Below are positions 38,524-48,929 of a DNA stretch of 64,000 nucleotides, piece after piece. The notes below the pieces were generated by a model. It made no database searches, had not been told where the DNA came from, and saw nothing but the letters and a program-made list of their open reading frames with translations. Source of the DNA: an uncultured Alphaproteobacteria bacterium. GTDB taxonomy: Bacteria > Pseudomonadota > Alphaproteobacteria > Sphingomonadales > Sphingomonadaceae. The stretch is taken from the NCBI GenBank assembly GCA_963826805.1, contig CAWGYE010000004.1, positions 405,571 to 469,570 on the forward strand, in the 5' to 3' direction. The position numbers and the translations under genes were made by a program. Each line of letters begins with the position of its first letter. The stretch's first letter is position 1.

Positions 38524-39093
38524 ATGCGCTCAACATCCTTTTTCGCGTGGCTTGCCGTTTTCGCTTTCTTGATCGCCGTCGGCCTCGGTTTCGGCGTGTT
38601 GGCTAAAAGGGTGGCTACTGACCTAAGTGGGGAAGCGGCGCTCGGCTGGCTGACATTTGTCGCCACGACTTGGCTCGCGATCTGGACGTTTCAGAAGACC
38701 AAGCGAAAGGAGGCGGAGGCTCAGATATTTCCTGAAAAAGCTAAGGTTTACAAAGAACTCATCGACATTATTCGGGATGTGATGTTCGCCCAAAAAGGCT
38801 GGGGGCCACCGTTGGATGCTGACGCAATTGCGCAACGCTTCGGGCGAGTGCGCTACGATATGATCGTATGGGGCGGGCAAGAAACGATCCGCGCAGTTAC
38901 GGCATTCGAGGAGTCATCCGCGAGCGGCGATATGGGTATCATGTTTACCGCAGCAGCGAATCTCTACGCAAATGTGCGTAAGGAGCTCGGCCATTCGGAT
39001 GACGCCCAGCTTCCGGAAGACATGTTCCTTGCCCAGCTCATTCCGCAAGATCGAGAAAAAGTAAGGAAGTTAATGAGGGGGCCGCAGAGCTAG
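38524..39093 (+). CDS. Hypothetical membrane-anchored protein, atypical composition
   Basis: Two hydrophobic N-terminal segments then a soluble helical domain; visibly more A/T-ending codons than neighbours. Confidence 0.7.
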   Translation: MRSTSFFAWLAVFAFLIAVGLGFGVLAKRVATDLSGEAALGWLTFVATTWLAIWTFQKTKRKEAEAQIFPEKAKVYKELIDIIRDVMFAQKGWGPPLDADAIAQRFGRVRYDMIVWGGQETIRAVTAFEESSASGDMGIMFTAAANLYANVRKELGHSDDAQLPEDMFLAQLIPQDREKVRKLMRGPQS

Positions 39094-39117
39094 GGGCGCA
39101 CCAGTCTCGGCCGGGGC

Positions 39118-40332
39118 TCAGGCCGCCCAGCGCATCTCCAGCCGGTCCCAGATCTCGGTGAGCGCCCGGGCGAGGCCCCGCATCATCTCCTCGCTGTGGG
39201 CGGGGCCGGGGGTGAAGCGCAGCCGCTCGGTGCCGCGCGGCACCGTCGGATAGTTTATCGGCTGCACGTAGATGCCGTATTCGGCGAGCAATATGTCGCT
39301 GATCCGCTTCGCCGTCACCGGATCGCCGACCAGCAGCGGCACGATATGGGTGGTGGACGGCATCACCGGCAGCCGGGCCGCGGCGAAGATCGCCTTCAGC
39401 TGCGCGGCGCGCTCCTGCTGCGCCTCGCGCTCGACGGTCGAGGCCTTGAGGTGGCGGACGCTGGCGAGCGCGCCGGCGACCAGCACCGGCGACAATGAGG
39501 TGGTGAAGATGAAGCCCGGCGCGTAGCTGCGGATCACGTCGACGATGTTCCTGTCGGCCGCGACATAGCCGCCCATCACCCCGAACGCCTTGCCCAGGGT
39601 GCCCTCGATGATGGTGAGGCGGTGGGCGACGCCGTCGCGCTCGGAGATGCCGCCGCCGCGCGCGCCGTACATGCCGACGGCGTGGACCTCGTCGAGATAG
39701 GTGAGCGCGTGATAGCGGTCGGCGAGGTCGCAGATCGCGGCGATCGGGGCGACGTCGCCGTCCATCGAATAGACGCTCTCGAACGCGATCAGCTTGGGCG
39801 CGGCCGGATCGGCGGCGGCGAGCAGCTCCTCGAGATGCTCGAGGTCGTTGTGGCGGAACACCCGTTTCTCGCAGCCGGAGGAGCGGATGCCGGCGATCAT
39901 CGAGGCGTGATTCAGCGAATCGGAGAAGATGATGCAGCCGGGCAGCAGCTTGCCGAGCGTCGACAGCGCCGCCTCGTTGGAGATGTAGCCCGAGGTGAAC
40001 AGCAGCGCCGCTTCCTTGCCGTGCAGGTCGGCGAGCTCGGCCTCGAGCTCGATATGGTAGTGGCTGTTGCCGGAGATGTTGCGGGTGCCGCCCGAGCCGG
40101 CGCCGACGTCGTGCAGCGCCTCCTCCATCGCCGCGATCACGTCCTCGTGCTGGCCCATGGCGAGATAGTCGTTCGAGCACCAGACGGTGATCGGCTTCGG
40201 CCCGTTATGGCCGGCGAAGCAGCGCGCGTTGGGGAAGCTGCCCTTGTTGCGCAGGATCTCGATGAACACGCGGTAGCGGCCTTCCGCGTGCAGCCGCTCG
40301 ATCGCTTCCGCAAAGATGCGCTGATAGTCCAA
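39118..40332 (-). CDS. hemA: 5-aminolevulinate synthase
   Basis: [45 protein letters not shown]; probable TTG start. Confidence 0.96.
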   Translation of the reverse strand: MDYQRIFAEAIERLHAEGRYRVFIEILRNKGSFPNARCFAGHNGPKPITVWCSNDYLAMGQHEDVIAAMEEALHDVGAGSGGTRNISGNSHYHIELEAELADLHGKEAALLFTSGYISNEAALSTLGKLLPGCIIFSDSLNHASMIAGIRSSGCEKRVFRHNDLEHLEELLAAADPAAPKLIAFESVYSMDGDVAPIAAICDLADRYHALTYLDEVHAVGMYGARGGGISERDGVAHRLTIIEGTLGKAFGVMGGYVAADRNIVDVIRSYAPGFIFTTSLSPVLVAGALASVRHLKASTVEREAQQERAAQLKAIFAAARLPVMPSTTHIVPLLVGDPVTAKRISDILLAEYGIYVQPINYPTVPRGTERLRFTPGPAHSEEMMRGLARALTEIWDRLEMRWAA

Positions 40333-40529
40333 AGTCTCGTCCCCGGGTCTCTTCACCCCCATTAGCGGAGTTTGACCCTGTCACGCCAGTGACAACCGTC
40401 ACACTCGCGCGGATTTTCTTGCGCGTTTCGAAACCAGCCGAATTGGGACGGCGAGGGTCGGTATTTCGCTCGCCAGCATCGCCGCCGATCCGCTAAGCCC
40501 GTGCCGGGGAAGAGGAGATTGGGGGGTCT

Positions 40530-41288
40530 ATGGCGGCGCGTCTGTCGGTCTCGCGGATCTTCCGCGGTCATCTGCTCGTCATCCTGCTGCTCGGATGCCT
40601 GAACCTGCTCGTCATGATCGGGGACGCCCGCGACAATCATCTGACGGCCGGCCTTTCCCATCTCTTCCGGCTGTCGAGCGAGGGCAACGTTCCCAATCTC
40701 TTTTCCGCGCTGGCGATCGCGGCGGCGGCGCTCGTCGCGGCGCGGGTCGCGCAGGTGCCGGGCCTCGCCGCCGCGGAACGGTCGGGGTGGCGCATGCTCG
40801 CCATCCTGTTCGCGTTCATGGCGCTCGACGAGGCGGTCCAGATCCATGAGGGGCTGAGCGCGGTCGGCCACGCCTACGGCGCCGCCGGCCCGTGGCTCAA
40901 CGCCGGCGTGTTCGCCTACGCGCTGGTCGCCCTGTTCGTCATCGTCTGGCTGTTTCGCTTCTGGCTCCGGCAGGGCCGCGCCGTCCGGGCCGGCTTCGCG
41001 CTGGGAGGGATCGTCTACCTGGTCTCGGCGATCGGGCTGGAAGTGCGCGAGAACGTCCTGATGAGCGCCGGCGTCTCCCATTACGACCTGAGGCTCGGGA
41101 CGCTGTTCACGCTGGAGGAGCTCGGCGAGATGGTCGCGGTCGCTTTGTTCCTGAGGACCTTCCTGTGCCGCTTCGCCGAGCTCGGCGGCGGCCCGCTGCT
41201 CGCGCTGGTCGGCGCGCGGCCGATGCTCGCGATCGACATCGAGCCGGCGTCAGAGCTGGCTCACGCGCCCCAGCCCGTAAAGCTTTAG
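40530..41288 (+). CDS. Multi-pass membrane protein of unknown function
   Basis: Several hydrophobic segments; EGNVP, ALDEAVQIHE, EELGEM. Confidence 0.7.
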   Translation: MAARLSVSRIFRGHLLVILLLGCLNLLVMIGDARDNHLTAGLSHLFRLSSEGNVPNLFSALAIAAAALVAARVAQVPGLAAAERSGWRMLAILFAFMALDEAVQIHEGLSAVGHAYGAAGPWLNAGVFAYALVALFVIVWLFRFWLRQGRAVRAGFALGGIVYLVSAIGLEVRENVLMSAGVSHYDLRLGTLFTLEELGEMVAVALFLRTFLCRFAELGGGPLLALVGARPMLAIDIEPASELAHAPQPVKL

Positions 41289-42047
41289 GCCCTCGGCCAG
41301 CGGCGAGCCGGGGTCGATCGGCCCGGTGAAGACGGCGCGGCCCTCGCCCGGCCCGTCCGGCCAGCTGAGGTCGCGCGCCAGCCATGCGGTGCGCCGGGCG
41401 ATCCCCTCCTTGCCGTCGACGAACCGGAGCGGCCGCGGCGCGGCGGCGGCGAGCTCGTCCTCGACCAGCGGGAAATGCGTGCAGGCGAGCACGATCGTGT
41501 CGATCGCCTCGCCGCCGGGCTGGGACAAGAGGCCGTCGAGGATGCGGGCGAAGGCGGCCGGATCGGGCGGCTCGCCGCGCAGCTTGGCCTCGGCCAGCTC
41601 GACCAGCTCGTGCGAGCCGTGGCGAAGCACCAGGCAGTCGGACGCGAATTCCTTCGCCAGCCGGTCGACATAGGGCTGGACGATGGTCGCGGCGGTGCCG
41701 AGCACGCCGATCACCCGCGACTTCGAAAGCGAGGCGGCCGGCTTGATCGCGGGTACGGTGCCGACGATGGGGAGGTCGAGCGCGGCGCGCACCGCGTCGA
41801 GCGCGATCGTCGAGGCGGTGTTGCAGGCGATCACGATCAGCGCCGGGTCGTAGCGCTCGGCGAGCCGGCCGAGCAGCGCCGGCACCCGCGCGGCCACCTC
41901 GGCCGGGCTCTTGGTGCCGTAGGGAAAGCCGGCGCTGTCCGCGACGTAGACGATCGGCGCGCTCGGCAGCAGCGCGCGGATCGCGCCGAGCACGGAGAGG
42001 CCGCCGACGCCGGTATCGAAGACGAGGATGGGGCGGATGTCGGTCAT
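41250..42047 (-). CDS. murI: Glutamate racemase
   Basis: FDTGVGGLSV, PYG, ACNTAS, LACTHFP. Confidence 0.96.
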   Translation of the reverse strand: MTDIRPILVFDTGVGGLSVLGAIRALLPSAPIVYVADSAGFPYGTKSPAEVAARVPALLGRLAERYDPALIVIACNTASTIALDAVRAALDLPIVGTVPAIKPAASLSKSRVIGVLGTAATIVQPYVDRLAKEFASDCLVLRHGSHELVELAEAKLRGEPPDPAAFARILDGLLSQPGGEAIDTIVLACTHFPLVEDELAAAAPRPLRFVDGKEGIARRTAWLARDLSWPDGPGEGRAVFTGPIDPGSPLAEGLKLYGLGRVSQL

Positions 42048-42050
42048 TGT

Positions 42051-42189
42051 GTCCTTCGATACGTCCTTCGATACGCCGGTTCGGCAAGTCACCGGCTACT
42101 CAGGATGAGCGGTGGAGGGCAAGCGACATCCGCCTTCCCCCGCTCATCCTGAGTAGGGACCGAGCCTGGCGAAGGCCGGTATCGAAGGA
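42051..42189. repeat. Composite palindromic element (family D)
   Basis: TCCTTCGATAC...CTACTCAGGATGAGCGG / CCGCTCATCCTGAGTAG...GTATCGAAGGA nested arms; 12-bp tandem duplication GTCCTTCGATAC at the left end. Confidence 0.85.
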
Positions 42190-42261
42190 AGGACCCATCG
42201 CTTTTGCTGCAATTTGTTGCGCGCATTTGCGAGGCTGCTAGGCAAGGCGCAGGGGGTGTTC

Positions 42262-42873
42262 GTGACCGTCGACATTCTGCTTCCGCCGATCCTGTGCCTG
42301 GCGCTGGGCTATGCGCTCGGCTCGATCCCGTTCGGCCTGCTGCTGACGCGGGCGGCCGGGGCGGGCGACGTGCGGACGATCGGCTCGGGCAATATCGGCG
42401 CGACCAACGTGCTGAGGACCGGCCGCAAGGGCCTCGCCGCGGCGACCTTGCTGCTCGATGTGGCGAAGGGCGCGGCGGCGGTGCTGCTCGGCGGGCTGAT
42501 CTGGCCCGATCAGCCGCAATTCCCCGCGCTGGCCGGGATCGGCGCGTTTCTCGGGCACCTCTATCCGGTCTGGCTGGGCTTCAAGGGCGGCAAGGGCGTG
42601 GCGACGCTCGCCGGGATCGTCGCGCTGCTGCACTGGCCGACGATCCTGGTCGCCGCAATGCTCTGGATGCTGGTGCTGGCGCTGACCCGTTATTCCTCGC
42701 TCGCCGGCATCGTCGCCACGGCGTCGGGGCCGGTGACCGCCGCAATCGTCGGCCGCTACGAGCTGGCCATCCTGTTCCTCGGTTTCGCCTTGCTGGTGCT
42801 CTGGAAGCACCGCACGAACATCGCGAGGCTGGTCGCCGGCACCGAGCCCAGGGTCGGACGAGACGACGGCTGA
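42262..42873 (+). CDS. plsY: Glycerol-3-phosphate acyltransferase PlsY
   Basis: GYALGSIPFG, GSGNIGATNVLR, GGKGVAT, KHRTNIARL. Confidence 0.95.
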   Translation: MTVDILLPPILCLALGYALGSIPFGLLLTRAAGAGDVRTIGSGNIGATNVLRTGRKGLAAATLLLDVAKGAAAVLLGGLIWPDQPQFPALAGIGAFLGHLYPVWLGFKGGKGVATLAGIVALLHWPTILVAAMLWMLVLALTRYSSLAGIVATASGPVTAAIVGRYELAILFLGFALLVLWKHRTNIARLVAGTEPRVGRDDG

Positions 42874-42874
42874 G

Positions 42875-43963
42875 ATGGGCGGGCCGGCCGACAGCGTCGC
42901 CCGCCTGCGGCTGATCCGCTCGGACAATATCGGCCCGGTCACCTATTTCCAGCTGCTCGCCCGCTTCGGCTCGGCGCAGGCGGCGATCGACGCCATCCCC
43001 GACCTCGCGGCGCGCGGCGGCGGGCGCGCGCCGAAGCTCGCCTCCAGGGCCGAGGCCGAGCGCGAGATGGCCGAGGTCGAGCGGCTCGGCGCGCGCTACC
43101 TGTTCCTCGGCCAGGGCCGCTATCCGCCGCTGCTCGCGGAGCTGGAGACGGCGCCGCCGGCCTTGATCGTCAAGGGCGACCTCGCCCTCGTCGACAGGCT
43201 CTCGGTCGCAATGGTCGGCGCGCGCAACGCCTCGGCCGCCGCCTGCCGCTTCGCACGCTCGCTTGCGCAAAATCTGGGTGCGGCCGGGACCGTGATCGTC
43301 TCCGGGCTGGCGCGGGGAATCGATTCGGCGGCGCATGACGGGTCGCTCGACACCGGCACGATCGCGGTGATCGCCGGCGGCATCGACATCGTCTATCCGC
43401 CCGAGAACGAGCAACGGCAGCGCGCGATCGCCGAGCGCGGGCTGCTGGTCGCCGAGCAGCCGCCGGGCACCGAGCCGCGGGCGCGTCATTTCCCCTGGCG
43501 CAACCGGATCATCGCGGGCCTCACCCAGGGCACGGTGGTGGTCGAGGCGGCGCCCCGATCGGGCTCGCTGATCACCGCCCGCTGCGCCGCCGAGCTCGGC
43601 CGCGAGGTGATGGCGGTGCCCGGCTCGCCGCTCGACCCGCGCGCCCAGGGCTGCAACCAGCTGATCCGCGACGGCGCGACCCTGGTGCAGAGCGCCGAGG
43701 ACGTGCTCGAGGCGGTGAGCCCGCTGGGGCCGCGCCCGCTGCGCCAGCGCGAGCGGGACTATGCGGCGCCGGGGCCTTCCGGCGACGCCGACGACGCCGC
43801 GCGCCGCGCGGTCGCCGGCCTGCTGGGGCCGACCCCGGTCGAGATCGACGAGCTGATCCGCCAGTCCGGCCTGCCGCCGGCGATCGTGCAGACCGTGCTG
43901 CTGGAGCTCGAGCTGGCCGGCAGGCTCGAGCGCCAGGCCGGCGGAAAGGTGAGCGTCGGATGA
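42875..43963 (+). CDS. dprA: DNA-processing protein DprA
   Basis: VGARNAS, SGLARGID, FPWRNRIIAG, SGSLITA, GCNQLIRDGA. Confidence 0.95.
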   Translation: MGGPADSVARLRLIRSDNIGPVTYFQLLARFGSAQAAIDAIPDLAARGGGRAPKLASRAEAEREMAEVERLGARYLFLGQGRYPPLLAELETAPPALIVKGDLALVDRLSVAMVGARNASAAACRFARSLAQNLGAAGTVIVSGLARGIDSAAHDGSLDTGTIAVIAGGIDIVYPPENEQRQRAIAERGLLVAEQPPGTEPRARHFPWRNRIIAGLTQGTVVVEAAPRSGSLITARCAAELGREVMAVPGSPLDPRAQGCNQLIRDGATLVQSAEDVLEAVSPLGPRPLRQRERDYAAPGPSGDADDAARRAVAGLLGPTPVEIDELIRQSGLPPAIVQTVLLELELAGRLERQAGGKVSVG

Positions 43964-44601
43964 GCGCGTTCGAGGCAGGCGCGCTGCTCCGCGAGACGAT
44001 GCGCTTGATGATGCTTGGTGCATGGCGCTGCACGATCGCGATGACGCTGATGACGGGGATCGCCGTCTTTGCCGATGTCGGCGTCGATCCGGGCGATCGA
44101 ATCGGCCTCGATCTCGCGGGGGCGGTCGCGACCCTGTTTTTCCAGACCTGGCTGACCGCGGTGCTGCTCGAGGCGCATGGTCAGCGTCGCGGACGACGAG
44201 GAGTTGGAACGGTGCTCGGCATCGGCATCCTGAGCGGGCTCGGCGTGCTGGCCGGACTGATCCTGTTTGTCATACCCGGGATCTTCCTGCTGGTTCGCTG
44301 GTCGGTCAGCGTGCCCTACGCCCTCGGCGAGGATGTCGGCGTCACCGACGCGCTCCGGGGCAGTTTCGAGGAGACGCGGGACGCCTTCTGGCCGATCCTG
44401 CTGACGCTGATCGTCTGCTACGCGCCGTTCGCGCTCGCGCTCGGTTCGATCGTGCTGCTCGGCACCGAGGGGGTGACGATCGCCAGTTCGACCGCCCTCA
44501 ACGTGGCGGTCAGTCTTGGCCTGCTTGCCGGCTGGCATGCCGCCATTGCGATCTATCTGGCCCGGCGGCGCGACGCCGGCCTGTCGCGGGTCTTCACGTG
44601 A
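43960..44601 (+). CDS. Hypothetical membrane protein
   Basis: ATGA-coupled to dprA; LILFVIPGIFLLVRW and several hydrophobic segments. Confidence 0.7.
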   Translation: MSAFEAGALLRETMRLMMLGAWRCTIAMTLMTGIAVFADVGVDPGDRIGLDLAGAVATLFFQTWLTAVLLEAHGQRRGRRGVGTVLGIGILSGLGVLAGLILFVIPGIFLLVRWSVSVPYALGEDVGVTDALRGSFEETRDAFWPILLTLIVCYAPFALALGSIVLLGTEGVTIASSTALNVAVSLGLLAGWHAAIAIYLARRRDAGLSRVFT

Positions 44602-44966
44602 CGTGCCCGGCCCGCGCCGCACGGCTGATCTTCGCCGCCGCGGGCATTTACGGCCTCATCGTGCTGACGCCGCTGTTCTTCGCCGGACCGTATCTCGATC
44701 CCGCGCCGAACCGGCCGGAAGATTATTACGGCTTCCTCGGCGCCGCCTGGGTGATGCAGCTCGTCTATCTCGCCATCGCCCGCGATCCGGTGCGCTTTCG
44801 GCCGCTAATGGCCCTGGCGGCGCTGGCCAAGGCGGCCTTCTTCGCCACGATCCTCACCCTCTGGCTGCAGGGGAGGGCGGCCGGTCCGCCTATGGTCCTG
44901 GCCTCGGTCGATGCCCTGCTCGGCGCGCTCTTCCTCGTCGCCCGGGCGCGGACGCCGCGAAGCTAA
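44598..44966 (+). CDS. Small hypothetical membrane protein
   Basis: GTGA-coupled; AGIYGLIVLTPLFF, PEDYYGF, IARDPVRFRPLM. Confidence 0.7.
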   Translation: MTCPARAARLIFAAAGIYGLIVLTPLFFAGPYLDPAPNRPEDYYGFLGAAWVMQLVYLAIARDPVRFRPLMALAALAKAAFFATILTLWLQGRAAGPPMVLASVDALLGALFLVARARTPRS

Positions 44967-45583
44967 CGACTCGAAAAGTCGACGACGCAGACATGGCGGT
45001 GAACGGCGTGATCGCCGCAGGCCGCGCCGGCGGAGCGGTAGGGGTTGAACAGGATGGTCCGATGCGCGCGACCGGCGACTTCGTCGTCGACGATCAGCTG
45101 GCGGACGACCGAAGCCGCGTCGGCCCGGCCGTAGGCGATGACCTCGGCGGTGGCGGCACGCGCGTCGCCGCCCTGCCGCCGAAACCTCTGGCGCGAACTC
45201 CTCCCATCCGATCCGACATGGCCTTCGAGGCCGCGCGGGCCCTGGTCGGCGACATGGTCGGCGGCGGCGCGCGCCAGCAGCGGCGACTCCGCAAGCGCCG
45301 CCCGCGGCGGCTGCGCGGCCAGAAAGCGGATCGCATCGTCGACCGCGGCGACGCCCTCGCGGGTCCTGAGGCCGACCTCGCTCCCGGGGAGCCGCACGAC
45401 CAGGCTGTCGAACAGGGCGCGGTAGCGCTGAAGCTCCTGCGCATAGGCCGCCGGATCGGCGCGGGCGCGGTTGATCTCGGCGAGGATTCGCGCCTCGATG
45501 CCGGGCTCGCGCGGCTGTGCGGCCGCCGGTGCGGAGACTGCCGCGACGGCGCAGACGAGGATGGCGAACGCATCATGACGCAT
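44963..45583 (-). CDS. Secreted CAP/SCP-domain protein
   Basis: EINRARADP, LARAAADH, GHVGSDG, HRTILFNP, CVVDF. Confidence 0.82.
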   Translation of the reverse strand: MRHDAFAILVCAVAAVSAPAAAQPREPGIEARILAEINRARADPAAYAQELQRYRALFDSLVVRLPGSEVGLRTREGVAAVDDAIRFLAAQPPRAALAESPLLARAAADHVADQGPRGLEGHVGSDGRSSRQRFRRQGGDARAATAEVIAYGRADAASVVRQLIVDDEVAGRAHRTILFNPYRSAGAACGDHAVHRHVCVVDFSSR

Positions 45584-45810
45584 TGGGAACGAGCTCCGTT
45601 GCGCTCCCTCATAGCTTCTGTCCCGGCGCTCTCCAAACGACCGCGCGGCGCATTTTGTTGGATATTTGTTGGATCTTTTCCGCCAAGCCCTCCCGCACGG
45701 CCCGACCGTGCGGAACGAAGCGATGATCGACAGCCTGGCAGAGCGTGGATTTCGCGAGCCCCTCGCGGGACGGCGATCGGGGCAAGGAATTTTTCTGTCT
45801 TATGGAAGGC

Positions 45811-45848
45811 GGACTTTACGGACTTCCCGGACCTTCCGGACCTTTCGG
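45811..45848. repeat. Imperfect 9-bp tandem repeat, 4 copies
   Basis: GGACTTTAC GGACTTCCC GGACCTTCC GGACCTTTC upstream of topA. Confidence 0.7.
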
Positions 45849-45924
45849 CCGGGAAGCTGCCGCTTGACGGGCCGCGCCGGGACTCATCACCCTGTGCGCG
45901 TACGCGTAAGGAAAACACCCTGGG

Positions 45925-48402
45925 ATGAAGCTCGTCGTCGTCGAATTGCCCGCCAAGGCGAAAACCATCGAGAAATATCTCGGCGCGGGCTATCGCGTGC
46001 TCGCCTCCTACGGCCACGTCCGCGACCTGCCGGCCAAGGACGGCTCGGTCGATCCCGACGACGGCTTCGCGATGATCTGGGAGACCTATGCCGACAAGGC
46101 GCGCCAGCTGAAGGCGATCGCCGACGAGGCGAAGGGCGCCGATGCGCTGATCCTCGCCACCGACCCCGACCGCGAGGGCGAGGCGATCAGCTGGCACGTC
46201 CAGGAGGTGCTGGCGAAGAGGAAGGCGCTGCCCGCCAAGGTCGAGCGGGTCACCTTCAACGCCATCACCAGGAGCGCGGTCACCGAGGCGATGGCCCGTC
46301 CGCGCGCGCTCGACGAGGATCTGATCGATGCCTATCGGGCGCGCCGCGCGCTCGACTATCTGGTCGGCTTCACGCTGTCGCCGGTGCTGTGGCGCAAGCT
46401 GCCGGGCGCGAAATCGGCCGGCCGGGTGCAATCGGTGGCGCTCAGGCTGATCGTCGACCGCGAACGCGACATCGAATTGTTCAAGGCCCAGGAATATTGG
46501 AGCGTCGTCGCGACGCTGGAGGCGGACGGGACCGAATTCCTGGCGCGGCTCTCCCGCTACAATGGCGAGAAGGTCGAGCGGCTGTCGATCGGCGAGGAGG
46601 GCATCGCGCTGGCGGCGAAGAAGGCGGTCGAGGAGGGCCGCTTCAGCGTCGTCTCGGTCGAAACCAGGCCGCTGACCCGCAACCCGCCGCCGCCCTTCAC
46701 CACCTCGACCCTGCAGCAGGAGGCGGCGCGCAAGCTCGGCTTCTCCGCCAGCCAGACCATGCGCGTGGCGCAGGGGCTCTACGAGGACGGCGCGATCACC
46801 TACATGCGCACCGACGGCGTGCAGATGGCGGGGGAGGCGGTCTCCGCCGCCCGGCGGGCGGTCGCGGCGCGCTACGACGCCGGCTACGTGCCCGACAAGC
46901 CGCGCCATTACGAAACCAAGGCCAAGAACGCGCAGGAAGCGCACGAGGCGATCCGGCCGACCGATTTCTCGCGGGACCGTGCCGGATCGGGCGACCATGC
47001 CCGCCTCTACGAGCTGATCTGGAAGCGCGCTTTGGCCAGCCAGATGGCGTCGGCGCGGCTCGAGCGGACGACGGCGGAGCTGGCCGACGGCACCGGGCAG
47101 CACGCGCTGAGGGCGACCGGGCAGGTCGTGCTCTTTCCCGGCTTCCTGGCGCTCTACGAGGAAGGCCGCGACGACGAGGCCGACGAGGACAGCCGCCGGC
47201 TGCCGCGGCTGAAGGAGGGCGACACGCCGGCGAAGAAGGGAGTCGCCGCCGAGCAGCATTTCACCCAGCCGCCGCCGCGCTACTCGGAGGCGAGCCTGGT
47301 CAAGCGCATGGAGGAGCTCGGCATCGGCCGCCCCTCGACCTATGCCGCGACGCTGCAGACGCTGAAGGACCGCGACTATGTCCGGCTGGAGAAGGCGCGC
47401 TTCATTCCAGAGGAGAGCGGGCGCCTGCTGACCGCCTTCCTCGAGCGCTTCTTCGAGCGCTACGTCTCCTACGATTTCACCGCCCATCTCGAGGACGAGC
47501 TCGACGACATTTCGGGCGGGCGGATGCAGTGGCAGGCGGTGCTCGACGAATTCTGGCGCGACTTCAAGCCGAAGACCGCCGAGGTGATGGAGCAGAAGCC
47601 CTCCGAGATCACCGCCGCGATCGACGATTTCCTCGCTCCCTGGCTGTTCCCCGACAAAGGCGACGGCTCCGATCCGCGGCTGTGCCCGGCCTGCGGCGAG
47701 GGGCGGCTGGGGCTGCGCGGCGGCAAGTTCGGCGCCTTCGTCGCCTGCTCCAACTATCCCGAGTGCAAATATACCCGCCGCTTCGGCGCCGAGGGCGGGC
47801 AGGAGGATAGCGGGCCGCAGCTGCTGGGCCAGAATCCCGAGAGCGGTCAGGACGTCACCCTGCGCTCGGGCCGGTTCGGCCCCTATTTCCAGCTCGGCGA
47901 GGGCAAGGAGGCCAGGCGGGCGTCGGTGCCGAAGGATGTCGAGGCGGATCTCGGGATCGCCCTGCGGCTGCTGGCGCTGCCGCGCGCGATCGGCGACCAT
48001 CCCGAGACCGGCAAGCCGATCCAGGCCAGCATCGGCCGCTACGGCCCCTATCTCGCGCATGACGGCAAATATGCGAAGCTCGCCTCCACGACCGAGGTGC
48101 TCGAGATCGGCATGAACGCGGCCGTCGCCAGGCTCGCCGATGCGGCGGGCGGCGGGCGCGGGCGGGGCTCGCGCGAGCCGCTGAAGGTGTTGGGCAACCA
48201 TCCGCGCACCGAGGCCGAGATCAGGCTGATGGAGGGGCGGTTCGGCCCCTACGTCACCGACGGCGCGACCAACGCCACCCTGCCCAAGTCGCTGGCGCCC
48301 GAGCAGCTCACGCTCGAGGAGGCGGCGCAGCTCATCGACGAGCGCGCCGCCAAGGGGCTGGCGAAGAAGCAAGGCCGGCGCGGCGGCCCCCGCAAGAAAT
48401 AG
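45925..48402 (+). CDS. topA: DNA topoisomerase I
   Basis: TOPRIM ATDPDREGE, SAGRVQS, ITYMRTD, EAHEAIRP, GIGRPST, Zn ribbon, GRFGPY repeats. Confidence 0.98.
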   Translation: MKLVVVELPAKAKTIEKYLGAGYRVLASYGHVRDLPAKDGSVDPDDGFAMIWETYADKARQLKAIADEAKGADALILATDPDREGEAISWHVQEVLAKRKALPAKVERVTFNAITRSAVTEAMARPRALDEDLIDAYRARRALDYLVGFTLSPVLWRKLPGAKSAGRVQSVALRLIVDRERDIELFKAQEYWSVVATLEADGTEFLARLSRYNGEKVERLSIGEEGIALAAKKAVEEGRFSVVSVETRPLTRNPPPPFTTSTLQQEAARKLGFSASQTMRVAQGLYEDGAITYMRTDGVQMAGEAVSAARRAVAARYDAGYVPDKPRHYETKAKNAQEAHEAIRPTDFSRDRAGSGDHARLYELIWKRALASQMASARLERTTAELADGTGQHALRATGQVVLFPGFLALYEEGRDDEADEDSRRLPRLKEGDTPAKKGVAAEQHFTQPPPRYSEASLVKRMEELGIGRPSTYAATLQTLKDRDYVRLEKARFIPEESGRLLTAFLERFFERYVSYDFTAHLEDELDDISGGRMQWQAVLDEFWRDFKPKTAEVMEQKPSEITAAIDDFLAPWLFPDKGDGSDPRLCPACGEGRLGLRGGKFGAFVACSNYPECKYTRRFGAEGGQEDSGPQLLGQNPESGQDVTLRSGRFGPYFQLGEGKEARRASVPKDVEADLGIALRLLALPRAIGDHPETGKPIQASIGRYGPYLAHDGKYAKLASTTEVLEIGMNAAVARLADAAGGGRGRGSREPLKVLGNHPRTEAEIRLMEGRFGPYVTDGATNATLPKSLAPEQLTLEEAAQLIDERAAKGLAKKQGRRGGPRKK

Positions 48403-48470
48403 CATGGTTGACGGCCGGTTTACGATGCCCGGTCCGGCTATCTTTACCGTGACGCACCTAGAAGCAGGCC

Positions 48471-48929
48471 ATGCGAACCGGCAGGCTCAACATCAGCCGC
48501 GGCTATCAGCGCGACGAGACGGCGGAGGCGGATCCGCCGCCGCGGCTCGCGCTCGTCCCGGCGCCAGCCTCCGAACCGGCACCGCCGGTCGTGCACGATT
48601 ATCGCACCGTGCACGACCGGCTGACCGCGCTCGAGCGGCTCGCCCGCCTGTTCGGCGAGGGCGCGCTCACCGCCGAGGAGTTCGCGGCGGAGAAGCTGCT
48701 GATCCTCGGCCTGCCCGCCGACGAGCTGGTGCTGCGCGACGCCGCGCCGGTGCATTTCGTGCCGGCCGCGCCGCGCCCCGCCCGGCAGGGCCCGTCGCTG
48801 GTCGGGCGGATGCTGAGCTGGCGGTTCCTGCTGTTCAGCCTGATCATGGGCCTCGGCTTCTCCTTCGCCGCCCAGCCCGACGAGACGCTGCGCCTGTTCG
48901 ACCAGCTCCTGCGCGCCGCCGGCGCCTAG
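48471..48929 (+). CDS. SHOCT-domain membrane protein
   Basis: LERLARLFGEGALTAEEFAAEKLLIL plus C-terminal hydrophobic segment. Confidence 0.75.
   Translation: MRTGRLNISRGYQRDETAEADPPPRLALVPAPASEPAPPVVHDYRTVHDRLTALERLARLFGEGALTAEEFAAEKLLILGLPADELVLRDAAPVHFVPAAPRPARQGPSLVGRMLSWRFLLFSLIMGLGFSFAAQPDETLRLFDQLLRAAGA

Noticed and set aside
48408-48423. CtrA-like TTGA-N7-TTTAC upstream of the SHOCT gene
   Set aside because: Two mismatches to TTAA-N7-TTAAC; too weak alone
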